DNA from: a virus
Strand: one strand, 5' to 3'
IMG/VR virus record: IMGVR_UViG_3300034121_001409
Coordinates: 1-64,000 of that record
Length of the DNA stretch: 64,000 nucleotides
Shown: positions 63,348 through 64,000 of the stretch, piece by piece
How positions within the stretch are numbered: the first letter of the stretch is position 1
Layout: every line of letters starts with the position of its first letter
Position numbers and translations under genes: made by a program
The notes under the pieces: generated by a model
What the model saw: only the letters and a program-made list of their open reading frames with translations
Databases searched by the model: none
What the model was told of the DNA's origin: nothing

Positions 63348-63863
63348 CTAATACTTTATCTTAACCCTCCCATGCATATCAATAACCATTCCGAACTTCT
63401 GCACCTCTCTATCCATCACCTCCGGAAGATTCCTAAACATCTCTCTTAAATTCACCCCAATACTCCTCTCAGAGATATCCAACACCGCAGACATATAACA
63501 AGCCATAACTAATCTGCCTTCTGCACTGATAATATACCTGTCTCCAATCTCCGCAAATCCCTTCTTGTACACATGAGTATGAACCAGCAATCCTCTCCCC
63601 ACCAAAGGCATCACAAATGACAACTTAAACTTGTCAGCCGGACTCCCTCCAATAAACGCCATGATATCATCACTCCCTATAACCCTGTCATACACAAAGG
63701 CTCCCAACAGAACCTGTATACACCTCCAATTTAACCCCAATAAAGCTCCCAATGCCGTCATGGCAGCCAATGAAGTCATAGCATACATCCCTGTAGCTCT
63801 TTCCTTCCCTGCATCAAAAGGTATTCCCTGTACTTCAAACTCTGAATCTTCCATATTATCCAT
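63348..63863 (-). CDS. Hypothetical protein, possibly winged-helix
   Basis: 171-aa ORF with an upstream promoter box; LVGRGLL...YIISAEG pattern. Confidence 0.6.
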   Translation of the reverse strand: MDNMEDSEFEVQGIPFDAGKERATGMYAMTSLAAMTALGALLGLNWRCIQVLLGAFVYDRVIGSDDIMAFIGGSPADKFKLSFVMPLVGRGLLVHTHVYKKGFAEIGDRYIISAEGRLVMACYMSAVLDISERSIGVNLREMFRNLPEVMDREVQKFGMVIDMHGRVKIKY

Positions 63864-63871
63864 TTTTATGA

Positions 63872-63879
63872 CAAAGTTA
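63872..63879 (-). promoter_or_regulatory. -7 promoter box TAACTTTG
   Basis: Consensus match 8 nt upstream of ATG 63863. Confidence 0.6.
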
Positions 63880-63936
63880 AATAAAACCTCGACATTCTTT
63901 AATTCGGGTATAGTTTTTTTAATGATGAAAATAACC

Positions 63937-63986
63937 CTGATTCTACTAATTTATCCTTTATCTTAATGGTAAATTCGTAGAATCAG
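63937..63986. repeat. Imperfect ~19-bp inverted repeat
   Basis: ctgattctactaatttatcc / ggtaaattcgtagaatcag. Confidence 0.65.
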
Positions 63987-64000
63987 ACCACAAAACACCA

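Larger units (their letters stand above)
1..64000. mobile_element. Segment of a large dsDNA tailed phage genome (podovirus-like, probable Bacteroidota host)
   Basis: Terminase-portal-scaffold-capsid-tail-ejection gene order, lysis and replication modules, no host housekeeping context, and TAnnTTTG promoter boxes upstream of many genes. Confidence 0.93.

Noticed and set aside
1-64000. Stop-codon reassignment as in some crAss-like phages
   Set aside because: Genes tile densely under the standard code, and both TAG and TGA end genes at tight junctions; there is no suppressor tRNA
1-64000. CRISPR array, diversity-generating retroelement or retron
   Set aside because: No regularly spaced repeat-spacer array, no reverse transcriptase and no template/variable repeat pair were seen

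Overview
The window is a 64-kb segment of a large AT-rich dsDNA bacteriophage. The host is most likely Bacteroidota, inferred from repeated TAnnTTTG -7 promoter boxes and AT-rich translation starts without Shine-Dalgarno sites. The virion module is podovirus-type and resembles crAss-like or Flavobacteriia phages. Almost everything from 1 to 54.8 kb is on the minus strand. Read in transcription order, that arm holds: an XRE regulator; an iteron-containing replication initiator; a three-gene chaperonin cassette (triple-GroES fusion, GroEL, GroES); terminase, portal, scaffold and major capsid; ring and nozzle proteins; ejection proteins including a 4423-aa polyvalent protein; a GT25 glycosyltransferase; tail fibres; a lysis cassette; a metallophosphoesterase; an initiator-type tRNA-Met; a second initiator-like protein; RecT; a glycosyltransferase cluster; ParB; and small accessory genes. 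A divergent plus-strand operon (54.9-62.5 kb) encodes a tyrosine recombinase, DnaB, YqaJ exonuclease, a 3'-5' exonuclease, a RuvC-like resolvase and DnaG. The most notable observations are: (1) a GroEL/GroES/triple-GroES cassette whose co-chaperonin domains could sum to a 7-domain lid (3+3+1); (2) two distant initiator-like proteins with the same C-terminal NQSEL tail; (3) a modular multi-enzyme ejection protein; (4) a face-to-face promoter palindrome at the divergence point; and (5) strong CCAG/CTGG and GATC avoidance, with the CCAG/CTGG avoidance breaking down in the tail-fibre genes. All family calls come from motif recognition by eye; no searches were run.
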